From Schmidtea nova (lineage: Eukaryota): DNA of 64,000 bases. Under the pieces are notes generated by a model. The model ran no database searches and was not told the DNA's origin. It saw only the letters and a program-made list of their open reading frames with translations. Location: NCBI GenBank assembly GCA_044892505.1, contig CM097883.1, forward strand, positions 258,478,001 through 258,542,000, given 5' to 3'. The translations under genes were made by a program, and so were the position numbers. Positions 17,961 through 31,225 of this stretch are shown here, piece by piece; position 1 is the first letter of the stretch, and every line of letters starts with the position of its first letter.

Positions 17961-19059
17961 ATGTGTCAATCATTACCTATACTAAATTTAAACTTTAAAT
18001 CTTCTTGTTGTAATGGAGAAGATCTGGACAAACCCAAAAGACGAAACCGGTTTCTGTGGAGTCAAAAGTTAAGGAAAAAAGTACAGAAGTCGAAACAACA
18101 GACACAAAGCTGGTTATCGGGGCAACTTGCATACAGTCTAAACAAACCGATGCTGAAACGGTTTCCAACTCGTGCATATAAATCGTATAGAATCAATGAT
18201 TTGTGGCAAATGGATTTGATGAAAATGATTCCGTCTTTAAAGATTAACAAGGGATACAAGTATATTTTAACATGTATTGATGTTTACAGTCGATTTGCTC
18301 GGGCAATCGCAGTAAAATCTAAATACGGTAATGATATGGCAATCGCAATCAAAACAATGATGAAAAAGGATCGTCCGACAAATTTACAAACCGATTTGGG
18401 TAAGCTAATAAATATTTGATAAAATGATAATTATTAATCTAGGTAAGGAATTTTACAACAGTAAAGTCTAGGAAGTTATCAAGGGAATCAATCATTACTC
18501 GGTATTCTCGCAATTCAAAGCAGCCCATGTCGAGAGATTTAATCGTACATTACGAGATCGGCTCAAAAAGTATTTTGTACATCAAGGTAATAAAACACGG
18601 AATTATGTTTTACCACAAATGATCCATAGTTATAATCATTCTGCTCATCTAGGTATAAATGGCAGGAAACCTGCTGAAGTAGTTAATACTGAAAATATCG
18701 TGAGTGATACAATAATAAAGAAACCAAAATATAAAATTGGTGATCATGTTCGAATTAGTAAAATTAGTGCATCGCCATTCATTAAAAATTCTGATAGTAA
18801 TTGGAGTGATGAGGTATTTAAAATATCCAAGGTCAACACAGTCCAGAATCCTGTCATGTATACTATTTCTGACTCTGATAACAATATAGTCAGTGGGAAA
18901 TTCTATGAACAAGAATTACAAGTTATTCCCCCTCCGACAATATTTCGAATTCAAAAAATTTTGAAGACTAAAATGGTAGGTAAGGATAAACAATACTATG
19001 TCAAGTGGCATGGATATAAAGAACCATCATGGATATCGTCAAAAAACATAGTAAAATGA
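17961..19059 (+). pseudogene. Retroviral-type (rve) integrase with C-terminal chromodomain; 43-bp intron at 18400-18442
   Basis: LWQMDL, ILTCIDVYSRF, LQTDLG|KEFYN after splicing, AAHVERFNRTL, YYVKWHGY. Premature TAG shortly after the intron. Confidence 0.9.
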
Positions 19060-20046
19060 ATTTTTACACTATTTTACCGAGCAATAGTTGCCCTAATATC
19101 CATCCAGAAAATACCTCAAGTAAATTCATGGTCAATCTACAAAATCCTATTTATTTATCTATTGGATTTTACATTTGTTTACTAACCTTTTCCATTTTAT
19201 AGTTAATGTAAAATTTTTTACAAACTAATAAAAAAGACTGTAGCAAATGCATTTTTCTCGATATAGAATGCTAGTGGCAAGCTAAATGTTCCAACTCACA
19301 CTATTGATCCAGATATCGAAATTTTTTATCAGGTGGAAGAATTATTCTCACATGTAATATTACTCCTTATACAATTACATTTAATAATCTTGATGAAGCA
19401 AAACGAATGGGAAGTAATAAACTGACAATGACATGTAAGTAAGAAGAATGTGAATTAAGTATTTCGCCAAAGATTGGTAGTAAAGAGGAAGAAATAATTA
19501 ATTTTAATATATCTTATAATACAGAAGAACAACATGTATTCACATTCAAGGATGACTTCTATATAACGCAATTAGATGAATTACAGAAATATATTTCGGA
19601 TAATTGTTCGTATATTTTTACTATTGTTGAATTAAATAAATTGTTCAAATTCAAACTCAAAGAAAACATTACTGAAGTGAAATTTGATAAATACCTGGTC
19701 AATACATTGGGATTAGATACGGATACATTTAGCGGTAAAAATATTGTTTCTGGTATTCGTCAACAAAAATTAACTAAACTTCATCAGCAATTATTCATAT
19801 ATAGTAACATTATCGAACCCATAATTATTGGTGATTCTTTGGTTCCTTTACTGAAATCGGTATGGATCGAAAAATACGAGGTAGATGAAATTGTTCAAAT
19901 ACAAGTAGAAAATCCAATATATTTATCGCTTTCGAATTCATGTATAAACAATATAGAAATAAATATCAGGGATGATAGTGGAAGATAAATAACTTTCCAA
20001 AAGATTCAAAAACTCATTTAACTCTACATTTTCGAAAAAACGATGA
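19056..20046 (+). pseudogene. Minor capsid protein (penton)
   Basis: MNFYTILPSNS...ENTSSKF..L start (ATGA overlap with the integrase stop); LFIYSNIIEP.IIGDS..PLL and IEINIRDDSG..I.F....HLTLHF end. Middle disrupted. Confidence 0.75.
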
Positions 20047-20420
20047 GTATTCCCGATATAGTTTCTTTGTACAGTAATAGCCAAACTGGTGGCGAATTAC
20101 CGTATTTTGTAGGTAAACAGTATGGATCAGGTTGGTTGAAAACTATTGGTAGATTTTCATTTCCAATACTTAAGCGAATAGGTAGTTTTGGAACGAAAAC
20201 TGCCCAAGACGTTATCATGAAAGTTAGTAAACTATTACCATCATTGAAAACAAATGCTTTGGCCGCAGTTAATAAAGCTATACCTGCTGTAACACAAATT
20301 CTTCCTTCAATTACCAATATGTTTTCAAAAAATGAACCGGAACTTGTACCAGTAGGACCAAGACGTAAACGAAGACGTATAAGCACACGAATGAAAGGTC
20401 ATGAAACTATATTTGAAGAA
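20043..20420 (+). CDS. Putative core protein (cupiennin/pVII-like) with protease-cleavage-type GG motif
   Basis: QTGGELPYFVGKQYGSGWLKTIGRFSFPILKRIG and basic RRKRRR tail; located between penton and MCP. Confidence 0.6.
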
Positions 20421-20426
20421 TTATTT

Positions 20427-21733
20427 GCGGTAAATCTGAATTATGTATTTTTGATCGACCAAGCCCCCAAGCAGTTATTGAATATGGGGTGTTTGAAGAT
20501 GTGTTTCCAATGAATTCTATTACAGATAGTAGAAATGATGTTGAATTTTACATTAATGGTTCACAAACTGAATATTTGGATTTGAACGATACTTTATTAT
20601 CCGTTACTGTCAAGGTTCTAGATAAAGATAAAAATAAATTAGTTGATGCGAGTGATGTAGTACCTAATAATTACTTGTAATTCAAAGATGTAATTCTTGG
20701 ATTTAATAATATAAAAATTGAGGATGGAAACAATACTTATGCACACAAGGCAATAATCGAAACTATTTTGAATTATACGAACGATACAAAAGAAACATGT
20801 CTTACTCCAATGGGATATGGGACAAGTGACGATAGAAAAAAGTGGATCAAGGGATCGAAACTTTTTAACATGTGTTCGTCATTACAACTTGATTTTATGG
20901 ATCAACTTAAATACTTACTTCCCGGAGTTAATGTACATATTAGATTGAAGCGATCTGATTCTGCATTATCATTGAAATCAGCAACTGGGAAACCAATACT
21001 CCAATTAGTAGACGCTAAATTGGTGGTTCGAAGAGTTCGGTGTGAATCTTCAGTTTTGGCTGGTCATCAAATTGGTTTAAATAGCAAACATGCAATTTAT
21101 CCGATAAAATCCAAAGAAATCGTATCGTTTGCAATCGGGAAAGGGACATCATCATTTTACAAGGAGCAAATATTTGGAGATAGAAGAATGCCTAATTTCA
21201 TTCTTGTGGTTTTTCAAACAAAAAATCAATATAATGGATCATATGCTGAATCTTCATCTACATTCAAACACTTTAATGTAACTTCATTATCATTGACGAA
21301 AAATACCGATTATCGAGAAACTTATACTCAAGATTTTGAAAATGATAATTTTAGTGCTACATATATGCAAAGTCTTGTCCGAAATTTAGGATATTTGGAT
21401 AAAAACTTGAATTGTGGTATAAGTCTCGATGAATTTAAAGCAAAATATCCATTCTTTACATTTGTTCTGGCTCCCGATTTTGATTTGAATCAAAGTCAAA
21501 TCACTCAAAACGGTAATTTAAGGCTAGATATAAAGTTTGCAAAACGCATTGAGGAACCGATTCATGTAATTATATATGGATTGTTTGAAAATGAAGTACA
21601 AATTACTGTCAATCGAACAGTACACTGGTTTGAGCAGAGCTCAAACATTATTAGTATAAATAAGCAAAGTTATTATATTTATTATTATTATGGAGTAAGT
21701 ATTTTAATTGAAAAATTATTTATTTTTAATTAG
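20427..21733 (+). pseudogene. Double jelly-roll major capsid protein (Polinton MCP/hexon-like)
   Basis: KSELCIF..P.PQAVIEYGVFEDVFP, NNTYAHKAIIETILNY, LQLDFMDQLKYLLPGVNVHIRL, GNLRLDIKF. In-frame stop at 20678; start and end degraded. Confidence 0.85.
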
Positions 21734-22120
21734 TTCTATTCAGGTATTACAACAAGGTAAAAAACTATTGGGAAATCAATTTATTGGAGTTTTTCCATTA
21801 GATAAAATACCTTATTTGATAATGAATCAAGCCATCATTGTAAATACTCACACTTCTACTTTGGACGGTGAACATTGGAAATCTGTTTACGTGAAACCGG
21901 ATCGAATACATGTATTTTGGATATTATTTTGGATATTAGTTTGATATTATTTTGATATTATTTGGATATTATTTTGGATATTATTATCCAAATTTACTTG
22001 TTCGGAAATTGCAAACTATTGGTAAACCTATTGTCTATAATAGAATTCGGTATCAACATCCATTAACAATCACTTGTCGACAACATTGCCTTACATGGCT
22101 AAAATCAATGTTATAAACAA
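21690..22120 (+). pseudogene. Adenain-like cysteine protease; 39-bp intron at 21695-21733; disrupted by a TTTTGGATATTAT repeat expansion
   Basis: ATG GA|GTAAGT...TTAG|T gives MDSIQVLQ..FIGVFPLD; IVNT....GEHW (His) and Q.....CRQHC (Cys). Confidence 0.8.
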
Positions 22121-22148
22121 TTTAGTTTAATAAATTTTATTGTAAAAA

Positions 22149-22550
22149 ATGACTTGTTATTTTATTGATATGTACGGTTATAATGACATTGGAGGAACAA
22201 CTATTAAGGAATTATGTATTATGAATGTAAATAGTATTTTCACACGTCAGTATTATATATACAGTGATTTATCTTTCTGGCCTGATCGTTTAGAATGGTT
22301 TGAAGGACAAGATTATTTTTGCCCAAAATGTATTATGGATGATATTATAGATAAAGGAGCTATTTTCTATGTTACAGATAATGAAAAGTTGCAAGTTTTG
22401 AAGAAATATTTTCCTAAATTAAGATTAATTAAATATAATTTTAAAAAATTTGAAGATGTTCTAGAAAATATCTCATGTCCATATAAAGACCATAGTATGT
22501 GTGCTTATAAAGGATGCTTGTCTGGTGTAATAGATTATTTAAAACAATAA
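22149..22550 (+). CDS. Polinton accessory protein, possibly DEDD-exonuclease-like fold
   Basis: FIDMYGY...TIKELCI N-terminus and C-terminal C..H..CA motif; intact 133-aa ORF. Confidence 0.4.
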   Translation: MTCYFIDMYGYNDIGGTTIKELCIMNVNSIFTRQYYIYSDLSFWPDRLEWFEGQDYFCPKCIMDDIIDKGAIFYVTDNEKLQVLKKYFPKLRLIKYNFKKFEDVLENISCPYKDHSMCAYKGCLSGVIDYLKQ

Positions 22551-22565
22551 ATGTATTATTTTGTG

Positions 22566-22570
<5 letters not shown>

Positions 22571-22654
<84 letters not shown>
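22571..22654. repeat. (TTA)n microsatellite
   Basis: Directly visible. Confidence 0.95.
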
Positions 22655-22657
<3 letters not shown>

Positions 22658-23098
22658 TGCAGAATTAACATCCAATTTGCAGATTAACATCCATCTAGCA
22701 ATACTTTTTGATAATCATAAAGAAATTGCATGCAAACACGCAAGCAGACACTCAATTATTTCACATATAAATTTATTTGGGTGTATTCACATCTGCGTCT
22801 ACACCCATAAGATATTTCATAAACACATTAGTCACGTAGTGTCTTTGTATCATTGCATCGAACATGCATCGTGCAATATAACAAAGACATGTCTCATACT
22901 TGGTGAGTGAATTATTAACACACATACTTGGTGAGTGATTTTTAACATACATACTCAGTGTGCACACATACTTTTTCTACCCTATCTCGCTTGTGATTGG
23001 CTAATGAATAAAGTTTGTAATAAACATGATATATACTCTATGTTTACAATTTTTCGTCACTTTTAAACAAAACATTTTAAATTACTAAAATTAACAAA

Positions 23099-24479
23099 AT
23101 GCAAAACATTAATATTCATATTAAGAAAATGATTGAAAGAAACCGTATGGGAAAATTTAACTTTATTTATTTATTTGTTTTATAAGATGTTAAATTCAGG
23201 AAACCATTCAAATGTACAGATATCAACACCGATTTCAAAGATTGAAACCGCTAACTAAAATGGTAAAAAAATGAAAAAGAAAATAGTAATTTATAATCTC
23301 TTTATAGCAAGGAATGTCTCCACAATAAATGAATATGATGCAGCAACCAAAAAATGAGCGGTTGAATGTCGACATTGATGGTAATTTATTTATTATTTAT
23401 TATTCAAAAATTTATTTATATTTTAAAGCTCAAGAAATAACAAGAAATGAATTAGAAAATAATACAAATTTTATGCCCCTGATTAGGGATGATTCTATGG
23501 ACGCTGCACCAGTAGATCTGGTAGATGACCGTTATAATGGTCGTAAGAAATGTAAATATTTATTATTTTTATAATATTTTTAATTTTACTTTTAATTTGT
23601 AATAATTTTATTTTTAATATAGTAATAATTTTATTTTTAATTTTGTAATAATTTTATTTTTTCGTTTTATAATAATTTTTTAGAAAGATATATATTATTT
23701 TTCACTTTATACATTCAATATGAAATTTATAGTATAAAGTCAATATGGAATTTATACTATAAATTCAATATTAGTTGTATAATAATTGTTTTTAAGACAG
23801 ATATATATTTCATTTTATAATACTTTTTAAGAAAGATATATTTTTGATTTTATAATAATTTTTAAGAAAGATAATTAATAATTTATAATAATTTATTATA
23901 ATAATTTATTAGTATTATTAATTTTTAAGAAAGATATATATTTCATTTTATAATAATCTTATTTTTTCATTTTATACATTCAATTTGGAATTTATAGTAT
24001 AAATTCAATATGGAATTTATAGTATAAATTCAATATTAGTTGTATAATAATTATAAGTATTGTTAATTTTTAAGAAAATTTTAATCAATTGTTATGAACT
24101 CAATGATATGAAAATATATTACTTTAAATGAAAATATGATATATATTTTAATCAATGATATTTTATGATATCAATATAATAAACAAATTATTATTTTAAA
24201 CAAAATTTAAAAAACTTATAGTCTTATGTTTTTATTTTTAATTTAGGCAAATATTACACAGCATACTGCAGTAGTACTTTGCATAATGACTGTCACAGTC
24301 TTATGGAAAAGTATTATTTGCAAAAATATAATTGTGTTTTTTACCTGATATGCCCCACATGCAATGTTTTAGAAACAGGCACATATGTAGAAATGCTAAA
24401 AGCAAATAAGATTTTATTAATAGAAATTGATCTCCAATTGACAAGTTGGTCTTTGGCAACCGGAAATCCTGACCGATGA
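23099..24479 (+). pseudogene. Putative five-exon accessory gene inside the Polinton
   Basis: GT-AG introns predicted at 23145-23186, ~23266-23307, 23381-23428 and 23543-24246. The last junction gives ...YNG-R-KYYTAYC...CPTC in frame. Upstream ATTGG box near 22996. Needs one indel and one stop. Confidence 0.4.
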
Positions 24480-25289
24480 TAACAAGAGTTGAAATGAGCA
24501 AGCTCCATGGCAGTCCGTATTGATTGATTTCTGGTGCTGGCGAATAATCCTTTAATCGAGATTAATTGTGATCCAATGTATTGATTTGTAGATTTTTTGA
24601 GTTAGTCATTTCAGATTGGTCTGGATAGTATATTAATATTGATCCAGTTGTTGACAAGCATCTTCCAGTTTGTACGGCTTCTTTACGCATTCCAGCAGCG
24701 AAACATTTCTGCAATCTACGGAACTGGAAATTGTTTCTTCTTTGAATATCGACTACACAATCTCCACTAGAGTAGAACTGATAATTGTTGTCATTTGATG
24801 AAAACGAGTGGCTGTGAATGTCTTGAGTGAATGGGTATGTCGAATCATTGTTAACAGCTTGCATTTTTTTTTATCAGCGTGAAAAAGTGAAAATATGTAA
24901 ATATTAAAACAATATCTAATTTAATCCATTTAATAATTAATTAATTTATAAAATTGAAAATTTAATCTAAGGCATTACAACATATATTAACTTTTATCGC
25001 AAACATCGAAATCATTTAAGTCAATTTACAGGATCAAAAAAGACTCTTTTTAACAACATATTTTCAAATACATTAAAAGATAATCAATCTAATGTGGACT
25101 GCGTTCCCAAATTATTAAAAAATAATGTGAACTCTGTTCCAAACTCTTTTAATGTGGACTGCGTTCCCAAATATAAAAAATAATGTGGACAGCGTTCCCA
25201 ATTTATTAAAACGAAAACATATAATAGAAAATGAAATTGTTAATAAATTACCTAAAATCAATATAATAGAAAATCCTAATAAAATCTAA

Positions 25290-28200
25290 ATAATTAATAT
25301 TAGTGACGATGAATCTGATCTTATTGTTATTTCGTCAGACGAGGAGGAGGAAATAACACCTTTAATTATCAACTCTTATTCTGTGAATCAAATAGGTACA
25401 GGTCTTTTAACTGTTGACTCTGACCTCAATAAATCGCACATCATCGTTAAGATGGATGTTGCCCATTTAAATTTAAATACTCTTTCGGTTCCTTCTCTTT
25501 TGCTTAGTAAATTAAATTCTATTATTTCTCAAATGAAATCTGTTAAAATTCAATTTTGTATTATGGTGGAATTTGAAAAAGATGACGAATATCAGTCTTT
25601 TGTTATTTCAAATTCCACCCGTATTTGGAGTAATACCTTTGTTGATGAAGGTATTACTATATTAAATGAAAAAATATCACAAATGAACGAGAAGGGTTCG
25701 AATTGGAAAATAAATAAAATCGAGTACATAAGTTTTGTATTGACCAAATATTCTGAGATAAGCAGGTTAAGCGGTAAACAATTTATTGAGACTCCTAAAT
25801 CTCTTATTCATAAGAATTGTGTATTAAATGTCATCAACACCGAAAATCTTTGTTTTCTATATAGTGTTTTAGCAGCTAAACATTTCAATGAAGTTCCTGA
25901 AAATATTAGAAATCTACCTACTTTTTACGATGTTTCATCACTTAGATATTACATTAATGACATGCCAATGAAACTAAGTAACATTAGCCGATTTGAATTG
26001 TTAAATCCACGATTATCAATTAATGTGTTATCTTATGACGAAAACGCATTAATTGACATAAGTAATAATAGTGAAGTGATAAAACATCCGTATATAGATA
26101 TTATTTATAAAAGCAAAATAGTTGGACAAACAGTGGTAAACTTACTTTTGCTTGAATTTAAAAAAACATACCATTACATAGCTATTTATGATTTAAATAG
26201 ATTTCTTAATTGCCGAAATAGTTCAATAGCCCCAGTGAGAATTTATAATAAATGGTGCCTTAGGTGTTTACATGGCTTTCGTAATACTGACACATTTAAC
26301 CGTCATCGAGGTCTTTGTGATGCCAATCAAATAGGTACGACATTATACACTTTGCCTAAGAATAAATTATTGGAATTCACTGATTGGAAAAAGACTGTAA
26401 CACCACCTTTTGTCATTTATGCCGATTTTGAGGCAATTTTACCTAGGGACATCAAGTACTTTCAAAAACACTTGCCCATTTCAGCAGGGCTTTAATGCAT
26501 CAATAATTTCACTGGGGAGAAGTTTTAAAAATCATTTTTTGGTACTGAATGTGTTGACCGGTTTCTATACGAAATAGAACAAATTAGTAGAAAAATTGTA
26601 ACACCTTATTATTATAAAAATTATGATAAGAAGATTATTTTAACTCATGCTGATATAATAAATTTCCAAGCTGCGACACACTGCTATTTGTGTGAAAAAG
26701 TAATAGTAAATCCTGTTAAAGATCACGATCACTTTACAGGTGCTTATCTTGGAGCAGCATGCAAAAAATGTAACATCTCTCGGCAAATTAGACACACTTT
26801 ACCGATAGTATTTCATAATTTAAGGGGATATGACTTGCATCATATCCTCAAATTCGGATTATCAAAGTATGAATCTTGGAACATTAGTTGTGTTCCTGTC
26901 ACTAGTGAAAAGTTTCTAACACTTTTTGCGAGAATCGGATCACTCACAGTGAAGTTCATAGATTCATACCAATTTGCAAGTGAATCTCTAAATAGTCTTG
27001 TTAAAACTTTATCATCTTTCCCACTTACTTCTTCGGAATTTACCGGGACAATTATCACTAGTAAGGGAATTTTTCCATACGACGTAGCTACATCTTTAGA
27101 AGTCTTGAGATTGACTCATGAATTGCCACCGATTTGGGAAGGTGTCGATATTGCTGATTATGTAAGGCAAAAGAAATATGGAGAGAAAATTCATGTACCT
27201 CATTATTTGATTATATGATGGTTTACATGAAACTTGACATATTTCTGTTGGCTGATTATTTTCAACAATTTCGAGCAAAAAGTATAGCTCACAATAGACT
27301 TGAGCCTTTGAATTTTTTAGGCATACTAGGCATGAGCTGGTGTTCTGCTTTAATGACCTTGGAATCTCCTATGTACAACTTTTTGAAGGTGGAATCAGGG
27401 GCGGCCTCACTTTTGTCAATAAACATCATGTGCAAACGAGCTCAGATACAGAGTTGCTGTACTAGATATTAATAATCTGTATGGCTGGGCTCTTTCACAA
27501 AACTTACCGGAGGGAGACTTTGTTTGGGTCACGGATGACCACTTGCTTGAAAATATCTTGTTTGAATGCACTACGGTTGAATTATGTCAGCTTAGCTATG
27601 GTTATACCATAGAAGTTAATTTAGAAATACCGGCATCTATTCACGACTTACTGGATGATTTACCAGTAGCCGCTGAAAAGATGTGTGCGCCAGGCTCGAA
27701 GGTGCAAAAGCTGCTTTTGACGCATTTACCAAAGAAAAATTATGTGCTTCATAGGCGGCTTTTGCAGATGTTTTTGAAGTTAGGGGTTGTTGTGACCAAA
27801 ATTCATCGTGCCATAGGATTTAGGCAAACTACTTTATTTAAAAAATACGTGGACACGAATACTGCTTTGCGAGCTTCTTCCACCACGAAGCTGGATAAGA
27901 ATTACTTTAAACTTTTAAATAACAGTCTCTACGACAAGACCGTAGAGAATCTTATAAAACGTATTAATTTAAGACTTTGCAATTCTGCACGTAAATTAAT
28001 TACCTATAGCAGTAGTCCATATTTTAGGAAAACCACAAAAATAGACGATAACCTTATCTCTGTGCTTTTAAGAAAGGAATCAGTATGTTTAGATAGGCCT
28101 AGTTACATAGGTCAAACGGTACTAGACCTATCTAAACTTAGAATGTATGAATAACAGTATGTTGAGCTTCAAAAATATAGAAATGAATTTAATTGTAAAA

Positions 28201-28835
28201 TTAATATAGTCGCAGGAGATACTGATTCCTTCTTCCTTGAAATCAATAATTGTAAACTGTCTGTTCTTTTGCCTGATATGGTTAGGGATCAACTCTTGGA
28301 TACATCAAATTATAATCTTAACCATCCCTTATTTTCGCGTAATCTGGATTCTGTTATAAGTAAATTTAAGGACGAAAATAAGGGCTTCAAATATGAAGAG
28401 TGGGTTTTTCTTCGACCCAAATGTTATAGTTTACTTGACGATGAAGAGAGTATGAAAGCCAAGGGCATAGGTTTAGCTACTGCAGGGCTTCACCATTCAA
28501 ATAACTTTGATTGTTTTAATAACAATAAGATCTACCAAGTCCCGCAGTTTCGAATATGTTCGAAAAATAACCAACTTTATAGTATAAAAAATATAAAAAC
28601 GGCACTCAATTGCAACGACGACAAACGCAATCGGGTGTCTAAAAACAAAAGCTATGCATATGGGGATTATCGGGGGGAAAACACAATAATAAATGAAGTG
28701 CACAATAATGATGTTGATGATGATGATGTTTAGGAGGATCGAGAATCAACAGAAGTGGTCAGAATTAATGCATACATTAGACGTATACATGAAGAATTAG
28801 CGGATCGGCCGTCTACATCAAATGGAAAAAGATAG
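25290..28835 (+). pseudogene. Protein-primed family B DNA polymerase (pPolB) with endonuclease-VII-like insert
   Basis: FVIYADFE, KDHDHFTG.Y.GAAC..CN, FHNLRGYD, FIDS, KGIFPY, RGGLT, LDINNLYG, FKLLNNSLYDK, GDTDS, KFKDE, LRPKCY, KAKGI. Several stops and frameshifts. Confidence 0.93.
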
Positions 28836-29976
28836 TAAAAGAAAATTGGACAAACAATATATGAATAATTTTATTTTTTAATTTAAAAAATAAATATTTT
28901 ATTTTTTATTTGTTGTTATTTTTATATTGTGTACTTTTATCGATTTATTGCATGTGTTGCCATATTTTCTAAAAGTTATATAAGTTTTTTTTCGAATTTG
29001 TTAAATAAAAAGTTTTATTAGTTTTATTAACTTTATTAGTTTATGATAGTTAGGTATTTTTTTTCTAATTTGGTAGGGTTAAAATAATAAGNNNNNNNNN
29101 NNNNNNNNNNNNNNNNNNNNNNNNNNNNNNNNNNNNNNNNNNNNNNNNNNNNNNNNNNNNNNNNNNNNNNNNNNNNNNNNNNNNNNNNNNNNNNNNNNNN
29201 NNNNNNNNNNNNNNNNNNNNNNNNNNNNNNNNNNNNNNNNNNNNNNNNNNNNNNNNNNNNNNNNNNNNNNNNNNNNNNNNNNNNNNNNNNNNNNNNNNNN
29301 NNNNNNNNNNNNNNNNNNNNNNNNNNNNNNNNNNNNNNNNNNNNNNNNNNNNNNNNNNNNNNNNNNNNNNNNNNNNNNNNNNNNNNNNNNNNNNNNNNNN
29401 NNNNNNNNNNNNNNNNNNNNNNNNNNNNNNNNNNNNNNNNNNNNNNNNNNNNNNNNNNNNNNNNNNNNNNNNNNNNNNNNNNNNNNNNNNNNNNNNNNNN
29501 NNNNNNNNNNNNNNNNNNNNNNNNNNNNNNNNNNNNNNNNNNNNNNNNNNNNNNNNNNNNNNNNNNNNNNNNNNNNNNNNNNNNNNNNNNNNNNNNNNNN
29601 NNNNNNNNNNNNNNNNNNNNNNNNNNNNNNNNNNNNNNNNNNNNNNNNNNNNNNNNNNNNNNNNNNNNNNNNNNNNNNNNNNNNNNNNNNNNNNNNNNNN
29701 NNNNNNNNNNNNNNNNNNNNNNNNNNNNNNNNNNNNNNNNNNNNNNNNNNNNNNNNNNNNNNNNNNNNNNNNNNNNNNNNNNNNNNNNNNNNNNNNNNNN
29801 NNNNNNNNNNNNNNNNNNNNNNNNNNNNNNNNNNAGTAGTAGGAATGCGTTCTGTTATTTGTCTTAAACAAAAAGCGAAGAAGAACGCGCGTTCAATGCG
29901 TTCAATAATTTGTCTTAAACACATACACACAAGTTATCTGTGTACAAAAATTATTATTAAAAGTTATATTTCATTA

Positions 29977-30105
29977 GTCTTTGTTTCGTTGCACATGGAT
30001 TGCAATGTCTTTGTTTCGTTGCACATGGATTGAAATGTCTTTGTTTTGTTGCACATGGATTGCAATGTCTTTGTTTCGTTGCACATGGATTGCAATGTCT
30101 TTGTT
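29977..30105 (+). repeat. 30-bp tandem repeat x4 (GTCTTTGTTTCGTTGCACATGGATTGCAAT), subterminal to the Polinton
   Basis: Four contiguous copies, no spacers. Confidence 0.9.
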
Positions 30106-30547
30106 GTAATTGGGGTAGGAAATAGTCGTTGAAAAATTATAACACACACCATACTTACCGGATAATTACTTTTTGAATGATATGTATATTAGAAGATTTG
30201 AAAAAGGATTGTAACACACACACAAACACACCGTACTTACCTGACAATTACCTTTCGAATGATATTATAATGTTTGAAGGTTTTGTACCCTTTGAAAGTT
30301 GAGCACCCACCATAGACCTTTGAAGGTATAACCATTGTGTGCACCCTTCAATTACCTTTCGATTGATATGTATATTATAAGGTTTGAAAAAGGTTGAAGG
30401 TTTTTGACCCCTTGAAAGTTAAGGACCCTCCATAGACCTTCGAGGGTATGACCATTGTATAGACCTCTCCAAGACCTTTCGAATGATACCCTTGTTTGAA
30501 GGTTTGACCTTATTTGACCTTTGGAAATTCAAATTTGAAATTTGAAA

Positions 30548-30688
30548 TGAGTCATCGATGACGTCATCGATGACGTCATCGATGAGTCATGTGATGAGTC
30601 ATTGATGAGTCATTCCGTGGGTAGGGTGACTCATTGTCTTTGTTATGAGTCATCGATGAGTCATATGTCTTTTTTTAACGATGAGTCA
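30548..30688. promoter_or_regulatory. Dense bZIP-site cluster in the Polinton terminal region
   Basis: 8 TGA(G/C)TCA and 2 TGACGTCA sites within ~140 bp, 20 bp from the element end. Confidence 0.75.
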
Positions 30689-30711
30689 TGGAGCACACTT
30701 CTGTCTACTAG

Positions 30712-31225
30712 TGGGATATTGAATGCACTGATTTAATTAAACATAAAATTGAAACAATTGGTGGACCAATAATTATAAAGGCGAGAAAACAGCCTATAAA
30801 CATGGTCATTAAAAATCTGGAGGATAATAATATTATAAGAAAGTGTAATTTACCTTGGAACACCCGGTAAGTGTGAGTTTGGAAAAAAGAAAAGAAGGAT
30901 ATCAGACTTTGTTTGGAATTTAGACAACTTAACAAAATTACTGAAAGGCAACCGTTCCCGATGCCCAATGTCGACGAGATCTTAGATGCTTTGCATTGAA
31001 ATAGATATTTTAGTTCCATTGACCTTGGAAACGCATACTATTAGGTAAGATTGGATAGAGAATCACAGGAGAAAATAGCTTTTTCAACGGAAAAGGGACA
31101 ATTCTGTTTTAATCGAATGCCGTTTGGCATTGCAGCAACACCAGGCACTTTTCAAGAGCTCATGACGAAGTTATTAAAGGATTTATGGAAATACGGAGTA
31201 ATGGTTTATTTGCACGATATATAGA
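30712..31225 (+). pseudogene. pol: Ty3/gypsy reverse transcriptase fragment
   Basis: KHKIET..., RLCLEFRQLNKIT..., FSSIDLGNAYY, RMPFGIAATPGTFQ, VYLHD (degraded YLDD). Confidence 0.85.

Noticed and set aside
29834-29860. AGTAGTAGG right after the gap as a Polinton left terminus
   Set aside because: No complementarity to the 30709 end; more likely the tail of a (TAG)n tract hidden in the gap.
29977-30105. 30-bp repeats as a CRISPR array
   Set aside because: Contiguous repeats without spacers, eukaryotic context, no cas genes.
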